A DNA stretch of 64,000 nucleotides. Source: Planctomycetota bacterium (GTDB lineage Bacteria; Planctomycetota; SZUA-567; H5-PLA8). Of the stretch, positions 49,145 through 59,773 are shown in pieces (within the stretch, counting starts at the first letter, position 1; each line of letters opens with the position of its first letter). The position numbers were made by a program, and so were the translations under genes. Under the pieces are notes generated by a model. The model was not told the origin of the DNA, searched no databases, and saw only the letters and a program-made list of their open reading frames with translations. The stretch spans positions 16,057-80,056 of the forward strand of contig JBBRPR010000040.1 in assembly GCA_038227875.1 (NCBI GenBank), written 5' to 3'.

Positions 49145-49969
49145 GTGGAAAAGTCTATGCTCGAATCCGACAGCGCAACCGCTCCGTGCTGCGATCCCAC
49201 GTTGTCGACGCTGGGCGCGGAGGTTGCACCGCTGAGTGACGATGAACGCGATTTCCTGGATGCCAACGGCTATCTGATCCTGCCGAATATGATGGATGCG
49301 GCGTGGCTCAGTGAACTCCGCCAGGCCTACGAGCGGCTGATGACGGTAAAGTATGGCGCGTGGCAACCCAGCATGAGCGGCGGAGCGACCACCGACTTCT
49401 GGAATCACGAGCAGGGCACGCGACGCCTGACCAATCTGGTCAGCGAGGACCCTGCGTTCGATCGGATTTACCTGCACCCCCGCTTGCTGGCCGCGGTGCT
49501 TCATGTCACCGGCCGCGCGGTCATGCTCCATTCCCTCAACGCGCGCGACGCCCTGCCCGGCCAGGGCGCCCAGGCGCTCCATGTCGACGGCGCAGCGCTG
49601 AAGCCCGGCGAATCCAGCTACCTGGTCAACACCGCGTGGCTGCTGGATGACTTCACCGCGGAGAACGGTTCCACCCGCGTCATTCTCGGATCGCACCGCA
49701 TCCCCGGCCCGATCAGCGAACACGTGGCGGACCTGATGGCCGACCATCCCGCGCAGCAGATTGTCGAAGCGCCGGCGGGCTCGGTGCTCGTCTTCAACGC
49801 GCACCTCTGGCATTCCGGGAGGATGAACCGCACGCGTGCGACGCGCCGCGTGATCCACTGTGCCTTCGTCGTCCGCGATCGCGCGCAGGGCGATATTCAA
49901 CGCGACTTGATCCGCAAATCCGTTTACGAACGCATCTCCCCCGCCGCGCGCTATCTGTTGAATGTGTAG
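49145..49969 (+). CDS. Phytanoyl-CoA dioxygenase-family 2OG-Fe(II) oxygenase
   Basis: LHVD, LDDFTAENGSTRVILGSH, WHSG; AAGGAG RBS; divergent from the AraC gene. Confidence 0.9.
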   Translation: MEKSMLESDSATAPCCDPTLSTLGAEVAPLSDDERDFLDANGYLILPNMMDAAWLSELRQAYERLMTVKYGAWQPSMSGGATTDFWNHEQGTRRLTNLVSEDPAFDRIYLHPRLLAAVLHVTGRAVMLHSLNARDALPGQGAQALHVDGAALKPGESSYLVNTAWLLDDFTAENGSTRVILGSHRIPGPISEHVADLMADHPAQQIVEAPAGSVLVFNAHLWHSGRMNRTRATRRVIHCAFVVRDRAQGDIQRDLIRKSVYERISPAARYLLNV

Positions 49970-50060
49970 TGCGCATGCTCGCTCTGATCCAGTGGCGGGA
50001 GGTTGCGCGTTGTACCGCACATCTTACGATGATCAGAACCCCATATTAAGGAGACCTACG

Positions 50061-50363
50061 ATGGCTTTTGAAATGATTGTCGGTCTGACCGTAAGCGACG
50101 ACGCTGCATACCAATCGTACCGCGACGCCATGACTCCGCTGCTCAACGCCGAGGGCGGGGGCTTCCGCTATGATTTTGTGGTGTCGAAAGTCTTGAAATC
50201 CGCGGCCCCGCACGTTATCAACCGCGTCTTCGCCATCTACTTCAAAGACGCGGCGAGCAAAGACGCCTTCTTCGCGAAGCCCGAATACAAAGCCATCCGC
50301 GCGCGCCATTTTGAGCACTCGGTTACGGGCACCACGGTCATTGCGGAGTATGTGCGCGCGTGA
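50061..50363 (+). CDS. DUF1330-family protein
   Basis: Y..Y...M.PLL...GG.F...FF..PEYKAIR; AAGGAG RBS. Confidence 0.8.
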   Translation: MAFEMIVGLTVSDDAAYQSYRDAMTPLLNAEGGGFRYDFVVSKVLKSAAPHVINRVFAIYFKDAASKDAFFAKPEYKAIRARHFEHSVTGTTVIAEYVRA

Positions 50364-50376
50364 CGCGGAGCGACAT

Positions 50377-51033
50377 ATGATACTCAGCACCACTCACAGT
50401 CAGGAATTCGGACATCCTGAGATATCGATTCATTTTGATGAGAATGCCGCACTGTCCGTTGATGCTGAATGGCTCATCAATTATTTGGAGACTGCTGTTA
50501 AAGCAGGCGAGGTGTTCAAAGAAAATTCGACAATTCAGATTGGGTGGATGATCAATTGTTTTCGTACGGATGGAAGAACACTCTGGCTCTACGAGCCAGA
50601 TTTTATCCGTATGCCGATCGTGTTCGTAAATTCCGTAAACTGGACGCTGGCTCATCTACGGCTTCAGCGGAGTGTTTGCGAGAGCGTCGGAATTGACGAC
50701 ATGGAATTTCCCGCGCTAAATCAAAGTGGCATTGTTTGTAATGAGCTCAAGTCGGCGACCACGTTTTTGCTGGATCGGACTCAATCGAAAGGGGCCGATT
50801 CGGGATGGTTTATAGGCTGTGCCGATCCCAAGCATGATCATAACAATCCAAACACGCTGCAACGCAAATCCCTCTATGAGATCATCAGCTTAAAGCCAAA
50901 ATTGGTCCAATACCTGGCGCTACCGCCCGGAGTCAAAATTCTAGTTAACAAGACACCAAAACTATGGCGTAATGGAAAAGAGCTGCGGATTATTAAAGAA
51001 TCCTATTTACAAGAAAAGTATTTTGAGCAATGA
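50377..51033 (+). CDS. Imm33/DUF2185-like immunity protein
   Basis: TIQIGW...DSGWFIGC...YLALPPG; lower GC. Confidence 0.65.
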   Translation: MILSTTHSQEFGHPEISIHFDENAALSVDAEWLINYLETAVKAGEVFKENSTIQIGWMINCFRTDGRTLWLYEPDFIRMPIVFVNSVNWTLAHLRLQRSVCESVGIDDMEFPALNQSGIVCNELKSATTFLLDRTQSKGADSGWFIGCADPKHDHNNPNTLQRKSLYEIISLKPKLVQYLALPPGVKILVNKTPKLWRNGKELRIIKESYLQEKYFEQ

Positions 51034-51095
51034 GTTACTGTTGAAGCTCTCGACGGTCTGCGATCTTGATTTTTACGAATCGGACTAAGCCTGCC

Positions 51096-51614
51096 ATGAC
51101 CCATCTCCAATCCGATCACTCAGACCTCCTGAAGCGCATCCGCATCCTGCTCGTCCTCTTCATCGCCGGCCTGATTCTCAGCGGACTGACCGCCTTCGCG
51201 CTCGAATACGAAATGAGTTCTCTGTCGGCCTGGCTGCCGCAGCCCGACGCAACTCCAGCGAACACGTACGCCGGATTCCACGCGTGGATTCTGCGCATCA
51301 AAACGGGGTTGCACGCGACCAACGAGAATTACCCGTTCATCGCGTACGGCACCGATTGGCTGGCCTTCGCGCATCTGGTTTTGGCGGTGTTGTTTGTCGG
51401 ACCGTATCTTGATCCGGTCCGCAACAAATGGGTGATCACCTTCGGCCTGATCGCCTGTGTGCTGGTCATCCCATTGGCGCTGATCTGCGGCGCGCTGCGC
51501 GAGATCCCGCTCGGCTGGCGCCTCATCGACTGCTCGTTTGGAATCGTGGGCTTCGTGCCGCTCTACATCATCCGCCGGTACACGGCGCGATTGGAAGCCG
51601 GGGCCGTCTTGTAA
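51096..51614 (+). CDS. Hypothetical membrane protein
   Basis: About four TM segments; YGTDWLAFAHLV...DPVRN...WRLIDCSFG. Confidence 0.75.
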   Translation: MTHLQSDHSDLLKRIRILLVLFIAGLILSGLTAFALEYEMSSLSAWLPQPDATPANTYAGFHAWILRIKTGLHATNENYPFIAYGTDWLAFAHLVLAVLFVGPYLDPVRNKWVITFGLIACVLVIPLALICGALREIPLGWRLIDCSFGIVGFVPLYIIRRYTARLEAGAVL

Positions 51615-51635
51615 GCTCCGCTGAAATGGCGCGGT

Positions 51636-52730
51636 TTACCGCCGCGCTTCCGCCAACGATATACCCTCATGCCACACCGTCGCGATTTTCACGTGCTCGA
51701 TGCGCCTGGGGCGGGAGAGCAGCAACTCGGCGCTCCGCCGCCCGATTTCCTCGAAGTCGATCTGCGGACCGCTCCAGTCCCGGTCATGCCCCGTGGGCGA
51801 ACGGAACGCTACGATGCTTAGGTCGCGGGGCACGTTTAATCCGGCGGTCTCGGCGGCGCGTGCCGTTTGAGCGGCATGAACCACGTTGTTGCACACCACT
51901 GCGGTGAAACGCGGCGCCGCGCGAACCAGTGCGGCGAGCGCCGGGGTCGGTCCTGGCGACAGAATTGTACTGAACACTTTATAGCGGCCCGGCCGCAGGC
52001 GGTGCTTGCGGCAAGCGTCCAGAAATCCGTCCTGCCGTGCCCGCGAATCCGGATCGATGCCACCCAGCGAAACCAGCACCGTGCGCACGAATGCCAGGTG
52101 CCGGTGTCCCAGCCCGATCAGGCGTTGCGTCGCGTCAAAGGCCGCCTCGTAGTTGGCAACGGAGACGGAATGAAGTTTGAACTCATCACCGGGCTGATCG
52201 ACCAGCATCACCGGCAGCTTCAGCGTCTCGTAGTGTTTGATCATCTCCGGTGCAAAGGGACCCAGCAGAATGACTCCAGCCAATGGCAGGTCGCGCAATC
52301 CCGCTGGAAATTCGGTCCTCCAGCGCCGCCAGTCCTGCAGAATGAAAAATGCGTTGTTGGTGCCGCGCAGACCTCCAGTCAGTCCGCGCCAAAGCATTGC
52401 ATTCTCCGCCGACAGCATGTGAACGGCAAACTGGTCGCGCATGACGATGGCCACGGCGCCGTTGAGCAGCGTTGCGGCCGGCGCGCCCACGGACGCGATG
52501 GCCTTGCGGCGCGGGTTGAGGCGCAGGCGGCCGTCCTCCGACAAGGCGTGGAGCACCAGGCGGATGGTCGTGACGCAGACGCGGTACCGCGCCGCCAGCT
52601 GGCGGTACGACGGAATGGGTTTGCCGATCGGCCAGGCACCGGATTCCAGTTGGCGGGCGATGTCCGCCGCGATGGCGCTGCGCCGCGACGTGGGTCCGGG
52701 CGGGCGGCCGCGTTTCCGGTGAGTGGCCAT
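51636..52730 (-). CDS. GntR-HTH / LacI-type transcriptional regulator
   Basis: IPSYRQLAARYRV; LGHRHLAFV; VPRDLSIVAF. Confidence 0.85.
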   Translation of the reverse strand: MATHRKRGRPPGPTSRRSAIAADIARQLESGAWPIGKPIPSYRQLAARYRVCVTTIRLVLHALSEDGRLRLNPRRKAIASVGAPAATLLNGAVAIVMRDQFAVHMLSAENAMLWRGLTGGLRGTNNAFFILQDWRRWRTEFPAGLRDLPLAGVILLGPFAPEMIKHYETLKLPVMLVDQPGDEFKLHSVSVANYEAAFDATQRLIGLGHRHLAFVRTVLVSLGGIDPDSRARQDGFLDACRKHRLRPGRYKVFSTILSPGPTPALAALVRAAPRFTAVVCNNVVHAAQTARAAETAGLNVPRDLSIVAFRSPTGHDRDWSGPQIDFEEIGRRSAELLLSRPRRIEHVKIATVWHEGISLAEARR

Positions 52731-52885
52731 GAGGCGGAGACCTCCTTGATTTATTCAGTACAGAAAATGTTTTATAGAGTACAGCGTCCGGAATTACAAT
52801 CCGCGGTCCAACCCAGCGGGGTAGAGTGCTGCAGTCGACTGAGCCGACGTCTCGCGTATCAACCGTCCGTCCGGAGAACTCCGCC

Positions 52886-55747
52886 ATGTTCCTGCGCCTC
52901 CTGCTCGCTCTCAATGCCCTTGCGCTCTCCCTGGCCTCCGCGCTCAACGCCGCGACACCCGCCGGCGATACCGACTGGCCGCAGCTCGGTGGGCCTCATC
53001 GCAATGGCATCATCATCGGCGGGCCGAAGTTGCTCGACGCCTGGAACAAGGAGGGACCGCCGCTATTGTGGGAAAGCGCCTTTATTCCGGCCTCGCGCGA
53101 TGGCGGCTGTTGTCCGCCCGTCGTCGCAGAGGGCAAGGTCTTCGTCTACGCCAATAAGCAACCCAACGAAGGCCTGGCCGGATTCCAGATGATCACGCCG
53201 CAGACCCTTGCGCTCTTCGGCTGGCAGCCGGACCTGCCCGACGCGCTGGCCAGGCAGATTGAAGCGGCGCGCGTCGCAGCCACTCGTCCCGACACGTCCG
53301 AATGGCAATGGTGGCTGCCTGCATCGTTGGCGCCGGAAGCGGTTAACGCGTATCTGGTCAAGAAGCCGCAACTGGACAAATACATCAAGGATTTTCTGGC
53401 CACGCTGCCGCCTGCGGAAGTGGCGAAGCACGGCGAGTTCATCCGCCGCCGGTTGTGCATGGATACGCCGAGGAACAAATGGGGCCGACCCGACGCGCTC
53501 TCCTGGGATCAGCTGATCAAGCTCAGCGCCATGCAGGGCGCGCTCCACGGCTCCAGCGTGGAGTGGACGTGGTTGTTGCGCGACTGCGGGCCGTTCAGCC
53601 TCTCCCATCACATTTCGTTTTCGCCGGACTACGAGCTGCTCTGGCGTGCCGCTTTCACCTGGTCTGACACGCTGTACTGCCTGGATGCCGCCACCGGCAA
53701 GACGCTCTGGAAAAAGTCGTTCCCCGTCGATAAATCCACGCTGGTGGACCCGGCCGAGAGCGGCCATCCAGTGCAATGGTGGGAATTCAACCGCCTCGGC
53801 GCGTGCGGCACGCCCACCGCCTGCAACGGCAAAGTTTACATGGCCGGCTCCGCGGGCCTGTACTGTCTGGCGGCTCAGGACGGCGCGCTGATCTGGCAGG
53901 TCAAGAGCGGTCCGGAACACGCATCTCCGCTGGTGGAAGATGGCATCGTCTTCCATCTCGGCGTGGCTTACGATGCGGCCACCGGCGCGGTGAAATGGAA
54001 AAATCCCGAGTGGGCGCTCTTTGACGGCAAGCATTCCCGGAACGAAGGCGAAGGACGTTACAGCACCCCCACGCTCTGGACCTCGGGCGGCCGGAAATAC
54101 ATCCTCACCACCAACGGGCACGAAAAGCAGGACCTCTCGGTCGTCTGCCTTGAACTGGAGACCGGAAAGGTCGCCTGGAAGACCAAATGCTACATTCCGT
54201 TTGGCAGCACCGTCGCGGCGCTGGATGGCGATCTGCTGATCGAAGCGGTCAAGGAAAACACGGCCATCTCGCAGTGTTTCAAAATGACGCCCAGCGGCAC
54301 TGAACTGCTCTGGAAAGGCGGCTTCAACGGCGGTGGTCCGGTGTACCTCGGCAACATCTATGCGGGCGGTCAGTGCGTCAGCCTGAGCACCGGCGATGTC
54401 CTCTGGCGGGCGAACGGCGCTGTGTGCAACGCCAACGTGCTGGCGGATGGCAAAGTCATTGGCAGCCAGAACAGCGGCGGCTACACCGAGACGGTGACGG
54501 TGGGCATGTCACGCGCCACGCCGGATAAGTACGAACCCCTCGGCAGTTTCAATCCCGAAGCCATCACCATGACGCCGATCATCGTCGCCAACGGCAAATT
54601 GCTGGTGCGCCAGAAGGATCGCGTCGCGTGTTTCGACATTCAGGAACACAAGGCGTATCTCGAGAGCACCACGGCGACAAAGGAGACGCTCACGTTCTGC
54701 TTCAAGCAGACGGGCGGCGGGATCGGCGGAGATCTTTCCAAAGTCGTCGCCACCACCGGAGGCACCAGCGGCACCGACGGCACGACGGTGCCCGCCAAAG
54801 CGAAAGTCGACGGCGAGAACCTGATCGTGGATGTGAAGGACCTGCCCGTGCCCTTCAGCATCGGCTGTCCGGCCGGCGTGCTGACGGGCAAGTCCGGTGT
54901 GCCGCTGCCAGCTCTGGTGTGGAATGAAGCGCGGCAATTGGTCTTCAAAAAGGCTGTCGACAATCGCATCGTGCTGAAGACCTCCGACCGGGCGTTGCAG
55001 CGTTCCGCGGTATGGACGCTTCCCGAAACTTACACGGTGGCGGGTGCTAAAATCACTTCCGCGGTGCTCGACCCGCTCTGCGCCACCGTCACGCTGACGA
55101 CCGACAAGGTCTGGAAACCCGGCGACGTGGTGAAGATCACCTACGCCGCCTTCAAAACGACGCAGGGCGAACCGCGGCGCGAATCGCTGGACTTCACGGT
55201 CACCGAACCGGTGAGCGCGGCCGCGAAGTTCGTCAAGACCGACACGGCGACGCTGGGCAACTGGAGGGGCGTCTACGGGGCCGAAGGCGCGCTGGTCGCC
55301 GGGGATGGCAACACCGCCGCCGCGCCCAAGTTCATGCGCTTCTCCGCGCGCAACTGCACGATCGCCAACCGCTGGGCGCAAAACGACCAGGACCCGAACC
55401 ACCTGCAATTTACCGGCGGCAAAGGGCGCTCGATTCAGGAATGGACGACTGAAGGCGAATTCTTCATCAATCTGGAATTCACCGATGCCAACGAACACCA
55501 GGTCGCCGTCTATCTCGGAGGCCAGCGCGCCTGCTCCGTGGAAGTCCTCGACGCCGAGACCAAGGCGTCGCTGGACACGCAAACCTTCCCCGACAATTCA
55601 GCCTACCAATACAAGGTCTGGAAGCTGAAAGGCAACATCTGCCTGCGCCTGTTGAGCGTGGGCGGAACTGAAGCGTCGACTCTCTGGGTCGGCGGTGTCT
55701 TCGTCGATCGCGCCAACGCCGAGCAACGGAGCGGTGGCCTGAAATAG
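52886..55747 (+). CDS. Secreted PQQ-binding-like beta-propeller protein with C-terminal Ig/beta-sandwich domains
   Basis: DWPQLGGPHRNG, LYCLDAATGKTLW repeats; GNWRGVYGAEG module. Confidence 0.82.
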   Translation: MFLRLLLALNALALSLASALNAATPAGDTDWPQLGGPHRNGIIIGGPKLLDAWNKEGPPLLWESAFIPASRDGGCCPPVVAEGKVFVYANKQPNEGLAGFQMITPQTLALFGWQPDLPDALARQIEAARVAATRPDTSEWQWWLPASLAPEAVNAYLVKKPQLDKYIKDFLATLPPAEVAKHGEFIRRRLCMDTPRNKWGRPDALSWDQLIKLSAMQGALHGSSVEWTWLLRDCGPFSLSHHISFSPDYELLWRAAFTWSDTLYCLDAATGKTLWKKSFPVDKSTLVDPAESGHPVQWWEFNRLGACGTPTACNGKVYMAGSAGLYCLAAQDGALIWQVKSGPEHASPLVEDGIVFHLGVAYDAATGAVKWKNPEWALFDGKHSRNEGEGRYSTPTLWTSGGRKYILTTNGHEKQDLSVVCLELETGKVAWKTKCYIPFGSTVAALDGDLLIEAVKENTAISQCFKMTPSGTELLWKGGFNGGGPVYLGNIYAGGQCVSLSTGDVLWRANGAVCNANVLADGKVIGSQNSGGYTETVTVGMSRATPDKYEPLGSFNPEAITMTPIIVANGKLLVRQKDRVACFDIQEHKAYLESTTATKETLTFCFKQTGGGIGGDLSKVVATTGGTSGTDGTTVPAKAKVDGENLIVDVKDLPVPFSIGCPAGVLTGKSGVPLPALVWNEARQLVFKKAVDNRIVLKTSDRALQRSAVWTLPETYTVAGAKITSAVLDPLCATVTLTTDKVWKPGDVVKITYAAFKTTQGEPRRESLDFTVTEPVSAAAKFVKTDTATLGNWRGVYGAEGALVAGDGNTAAAPKFMRFSARNCTIANRWAQNDQDPNHLQFTGGKGRSIQEWTTEGEFFINLEFTDANEHQVAVYLGGQRACSVEVLDAETKASLDTQTFPDNSAYQYKVWKLKGNICLRLLSVGGTEASTLWVGGVFVDRANAEQRSGGLK

Positions 55748-55754
55748 CTTAGGG

Positions 55755-56546
55755 TTACTTCGGGAAGCGCTTGGCCTGCACATCCGCAACGTACGCTTTC
55801 GCGGCGGTGCGGATGGAATCGGCGACGGTGGCGTAGCGGCGGGTGTGCTTCGGGACGAAATCCTCGTAGATGCCGAAGACATCATGAAAGACCTGCACCT
55901 GGCCGTCGCAGCCTTTGCCGGCGCCGATGCCGATGGTCGGGATTTTGATGCGCTGGCTGATCTGTTCGGACAAATCGTGCGCGACCAGTTCCAGCACGAT
56001 CGCGAAAGCGCCGGCGGATTCCAGTTCCAGCGCGTCGGCGATCAGGCGTTTGCGCTTGGCTTCTTCCTTGCCCTGCATCGAATAGCCGCCGAACTGGTTG
56101 ATCGACTGCGGCGTCAGGCCGATGTGGCCCATCACGGGAATGCCGGACGCGACCAGCGCGGCGACGACGCGCGCCATGCCCGATCCGCCTTCGATCTTCA
56201 CGGCGTGAGCGCCGCCTTCGGCCAGCGCGCGCGCGGCGCTGCGGAGACTCAAGGGAATATCGTCGGCAGCGTACGTAGCAAACGGGAGGTCGAGGACAAT
56301 CAGCGCGTTGGTCGAGCCGCGGACCACGGCCTGGCAATGGTGAATCATCATGTCCAGCGTGACCGGCAGCGTTGACGGGAATCCATGGACGACCATGCCC
56401 AGGGAGTCGCCGACCAGCAGCACGGGGACGCCGGCGGAGTCGAGAATTTTCGCCGAGGTGTAGTCGTAGCAGGTCAGCACCGGGATCGGTCTCCCGTCCT
56501 GCTTCATTTTGGCGAGGTCGTGGATGGTCGTGACGTTGCTGGGCAT
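55755..56546 (-). CDS. panB: 3-methyl-2-oxobutanoate hydroxymethyltransferase
   Basis: LTCYD, LLVGDSLGMV, GHIGLTPQS, IPTIGIGAG..CDGQV. Confidence 0.97.
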   Translation of the reverse strand: MPSNVTTIHDLAKMKQDGRPIPVLTCYDYTSAKILDSAGVPVLLVGDSLGMVVHGFPSTLPVTLDMMIHHCQAVVRGSTNALIVLDLPFATYAADDIPLSLRSAARALAEGGAHAVKIEGGSGMARVVAALVASGIPVMGHIGLTPQSINQFGGYSMQGKEEAKRKRLIADALELESAGAFAIVLELVAHDLSEQISQRIKIPTIGIGAGKGCDGQVQVFHDVFGIYEDFVPKHTRRYATVADSIRTAAKAYVADVQAKRFPK

Positions 56547-56586
56547 GCGGTCGAATTCTGCAGTTTGCGCTGCGTAGCGGTGGCGG

Positions 56587-57753
56587 CTACTTCACGACCA
56601 CCAGTGTAACCACCGCGTAGATAATCGCCAGAAGAGCCAGCGTCATCAGCACGGCAAAGAGCGGGAAGCGCAGGGCAACAGGGCCGACGGGGAACCAGCG
56701 GTTGACCCGTTCCACCAGAGTTGTCGGCGGCGGCGGAGCAGACGCGGCGCCAAAGGCGGCCGGCGGCGCGGACGGGGCCTTGGGCTGTTGCGTGGGCTTG
56801 GTGCGCGACTGCGGCGGCGCGATGACCTTGATCGCCGGCGTCTCGCCGCGGCGGCAGAGTTCCAGATCGTCGAGCAGTTCCTTGGCGGTCTGCTGCCGCG
56901 CGCCGGGATCCTTGGACATCATCTTTTCGAGCAGCACGCTGAAATGCTTGGGCACCGACGGTTCGCGCAGACACGCCGGCTGCGCGCGCTCGGTAATGTG
57001 CTGCGTCATGATCACCACCGGGTTGTTGCCGGGGAACGGCAGCGTGCCGGTGGCCAGATGGTAGAGCGTCGCGCCGAGGCTGTAGATGTCGGAGCGGCTG
57101 TCGACGTTGCGTTCGCCGCGCGCCTGCTCGGGGGAAATGTAAAACGGCGTGCCGACGGCATAACCGGCCATGGTCACGCGCTGGTCGCCCTTGTCGGCCG
57201 AGGAGAGGCCCAGGTCGGTGAGCTTGGAGACGCCGGCGGAGTTCATCAGGATGTTGGCGGGCTTGATATCGCGGTGAACGATGCCGTGTTTTTCGGCTTC
57301 GGTCAGCGCCTGGGTGATGTCGGTGGCGATGCGCAGCAGATCGGGGAGCGGCAGTTTGCCGCCGGCTTTTTTGAGCACGACTTCCAGATTCGGGCCGTCG
57401 ATGTATTCCATCGCGATGTAATGGTACTTGTTGTCGGCGAAGCCGACGTCGAGTGCCGCGACGAGATTGGGATGCGAGAGTTTGCTGGCCGAACGGGCTT
57501 CGCGACGGAAGCGCTCCAGGAATTCCTGATCCTGCGCGAGATTGGGCGGCAGAATTTTGAGCGCGACCTGTTCTCCGGAGGAGACGCGCTTGGCGAGGTA
57601 GACGGAGCCCATCGCGCCCTGACCGAGCTTCGCGGTCAAATCGTAATCGCCCAGCCGGTGCTTTTTGGCGGGATCGGTCGCGGCCTTGGATGCGCCGTCC
57701 CCTGCTCCTGTAGCTCCCTGCGGAGCTTTTTCACCTGGCTGAGGATCGGACAC
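56587..57753 (-). CDS. Hanks-type Ser/Thr protein kinase
   Basis: GQGAMG, HRDIKPAN, DLG, GTPFYISPE; C-terminal TM segment. Confidence 0.93.
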   Translation of the reverse strand: MSDPQPGEKAPQGATGAGDGASKAATDPAKKHRLGDYDLTAKLGQGAMGSVYLAKRVSSGEQVALKILPPNLAQDQEFLERFRREARSASKLSHPNLVAALDVGFADNKYHYIAMEYIDGPNLEVVLKKAGGKLPLPDLLRIATDITQALTEAEKHGIVHRDIKPANILMNSAGVSKLTDLGLSSADKGDQRVTMAGYAVGTPFYISPEQARGERNVDSRSDIYSLGATLYHLATGTLPFPGNNPVVIMTQHITERAQPACLREPSVPKHFSVLLEKMMSKDPGARQQTAKELLDDLELCRRGETPAIKVIAPPQSRTKPTQQPKAPSAPPAAFGAASAPPPPTTLVERVNRWFPVGPVALRFPLFAVLMTLALLAIIYAVVTLVVVK

Positions 57754-57855
57754 CCCAACTCCTCCTGGTCGAATGATGGATTCTCTCGATGGAATCCCTA
57801 TTTCAATGGAAGCAAGAGCTTACGTCGAGTGGAAAACTTCGAACGCCTCCGAGGG

Positions 57856-58071
57856 GATGGGATCGGGGATCGGGCATCAGGCAACGGTCGTTTGGCGCGT
57901 GGGATCGATTGACGATGCGCCAACCGATACTGTGTGACAAAAGAAAGGGCAGTTGGCGGAGGATCGCTCCCACCAACTGCCCTCAAATTTCACGAACTTC
58001 GGCGATCGTACTTCGGCAAAGGCATTCACAATTTGACCGATGCCTGATGCCCGATCCCCGATGCCATCTGT
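57856..58071. repeat. Heptamer-periodic inverted-repeat element (CCGATGC-type)
   Basis: 34-bp arms 57856-57889 and 58035-58068 are complementary with 2 mismatches. Confidence 0.88.
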
Positions 58072-58078
58072 TCGGCCC

Positions 58079-59668
58079 TTACCGTGCGTACTCGATGAAC
58101 CGCGCTTCCCGGATCAACGTGACGCGAACTTCGCCGGGGTAGCTGAGCTCCTCTTCGATCTGCTTGGCGATTTCGCGGGCGACACTGGCGCACCCGACGT
58201 CGTCGAGCTGATCGGCCTTGGCGATGACACGGACTTCGCGGCCGGCCTGGATGGCGAACGCTTTTTCGACGCCCTTCTTGTTGGTCGCGATCTCCTCGAG
58301 CTTCTTCATGCGCTGAATGTACTTCTCGAGGCTTTCGCGGCGGGCGCCCGGTCGCGCGGCGGAAATGGCGTCGGCCACCTGCACGAGGATGGGATAGAGG
58401 CTGTGAATTTCGATGTCGCCGTGATGGCCGCCAATCGCTTCGCAGACTTCGATCTTTTCCTCGCACTGCTTGGCCACGTCCATGCCGATCTGCGGATGGG
58501 TGCCTTCCACTTCCTGGTCCAGTGCCTTGCCGCAGTCGTGGAGCAGACCGCAGCGCTTGGCCAGCTGGACGTCAAGCTTGAGCTCGGCGGCCAGCATGCT
58601 GCAGATGTGCCCGACTTCCTGCGAGTGCGCCAGCACGTTCTGGCCGTACGAGGTGCGGTAGCGCAGCCGTCCGAGCATGTTGCGCAGCCGCGGGTGCAGG
58701 TCGTGGCAGCCGAACTGGATCGCCACGTCCTTGCCGGTCTTGTCGATCAGTTCGTGCACTTCCTTTTCGGCCTTGGTCACGGCCTCTTCGATGCGCGTGG
58801 GATGGATGCGTCCATCGGTGACGAGGTTGGCCATGGCCACGCGGGCGATCTCGCGGCGCACGGGTTCGAAACCGGAGAGCACCACCACGCCGGGCGTATC
58901 GTCGACGACCACGTCCACGCCGGTGGCTTTTTCGAAGGCCCGGATGTTGCGGCCTTCCTTGCCGATGATGCGGCCCTTCATGTCGTCGGAGGGCAGGTCG
59001 ATGGTCGAGACCGTGTTCTCCGCGACGCACTCGTTGGCCAGCCGCTGAATCGTATTGAGGATGATCTTGCGCGCATCGACGTCGGCGTTTTCACGCGCCC
59101 GGTTGACGGCCCGGGTGGTGAGTTCGGCCACTTCCGTGGCGATGTCGCGTTCCACGCGCTGCAACAACAGCGCCTTGGCTTGATCGGGTGTCAAACCGGC
59201 GATCGTCTGGAGCTTGCGGCGCTCCTCGTCGATCAGCCGGGTCATTTCCTGGTTTTTGCCTTCGGCTTCCTTCAGCTGCTCCTGGCGCTTGGCTTCGATC
59301 TTTTTGACTTCTTCTTCACGGCGGACGAAATCCTGCTCCTTGCGTTCCGACGTCTGCAACTTCCGATCGATCATTTCCTCGCGCTTTTCGAGCCGCTTTT
59401 CAGTGTTGCGGTTTTCTTCCTGGGCTTCCTTCAGTTCCTTGTCGAAATCACGGCGTTTCTTCAACTGTTCTTCGGCGTTCTCGGCCTTCATCCGGGCGAT
59501 TTCCGCCCGCGCTTCGTCGCTCAACCGTTGTCTTAAGACTTCGGCTTCCTTGCGGGCTTCATCGTCATACGTCTTGGACTTGCCCTTCGAGATGTACATC
59601 ATGATGAGGACACCGACGACTGCGCCGGCACCTCCCGTCAGGTACGGAATGAATTCCATGGGCTTCAC
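58079..59668 (-). CDS. rny: Ribonuclease Y
   Basis: N-terminal TM, coiled coil, KH domain (KGRIIGKEGRNIR), HD domain (RTSYGQNVLAHS, GLLHD), ADAISAARPGAR. Confidence 0.97.
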   Translation of the reverse strand: MKPMEFIPYLTGGAGAVVGVLIMMYISKGKSKTYDDEARKEAEVLRQRLSDEARAEIARMKAENAEEQLKKRRDFDKELKEAQEENRNTEKRLEKREEMIDRKLQTSERKEQDFVRREEEVKKIEAKRQEQLKEAEGKNQEMTRLIDEERRKLQTIAGLTPDQAKALLLQRVERDIATEVAELTTRAVNRARENADVDARKIILNTIQRLANECVAENTVSTIDLPSDDMKGRIIGKEGRNIRAFEKATGVDVVVDDTPGVVVLSGFEPVRREIARVAMANLVTDGRIHPTRIEEAVTKAEKEVHELIDKTGKDVAIQFGCHDLHPRLRNMLGRLRYRTSYGQNVLAHSQEVGHICSMLAAELKLDVQLAKRCGLLHDCGKALDQEVEGTHPQIGMDVAKQCEEKIEVCEAIGGHHGDIEIHSLYPILVQVADAISAARPGARRESLEKYIQRMKKLEEIATNKKGVEKAFAIQAGREVRVIAKADQLDDVGCASVAREIAKQIEEELSYPGEVRVTLIREARFIEYAR

Positions 59669-59773
59669 CCCCTGAATGGAGTGACGCGGGCGGCAGCTTT
59701 CCGAGCGATTGAGCAGAGCGTGCGAGCACGCCAGTTGCGAGCAACGGAGTCATGTGTTTAATTCCGCTCAATC

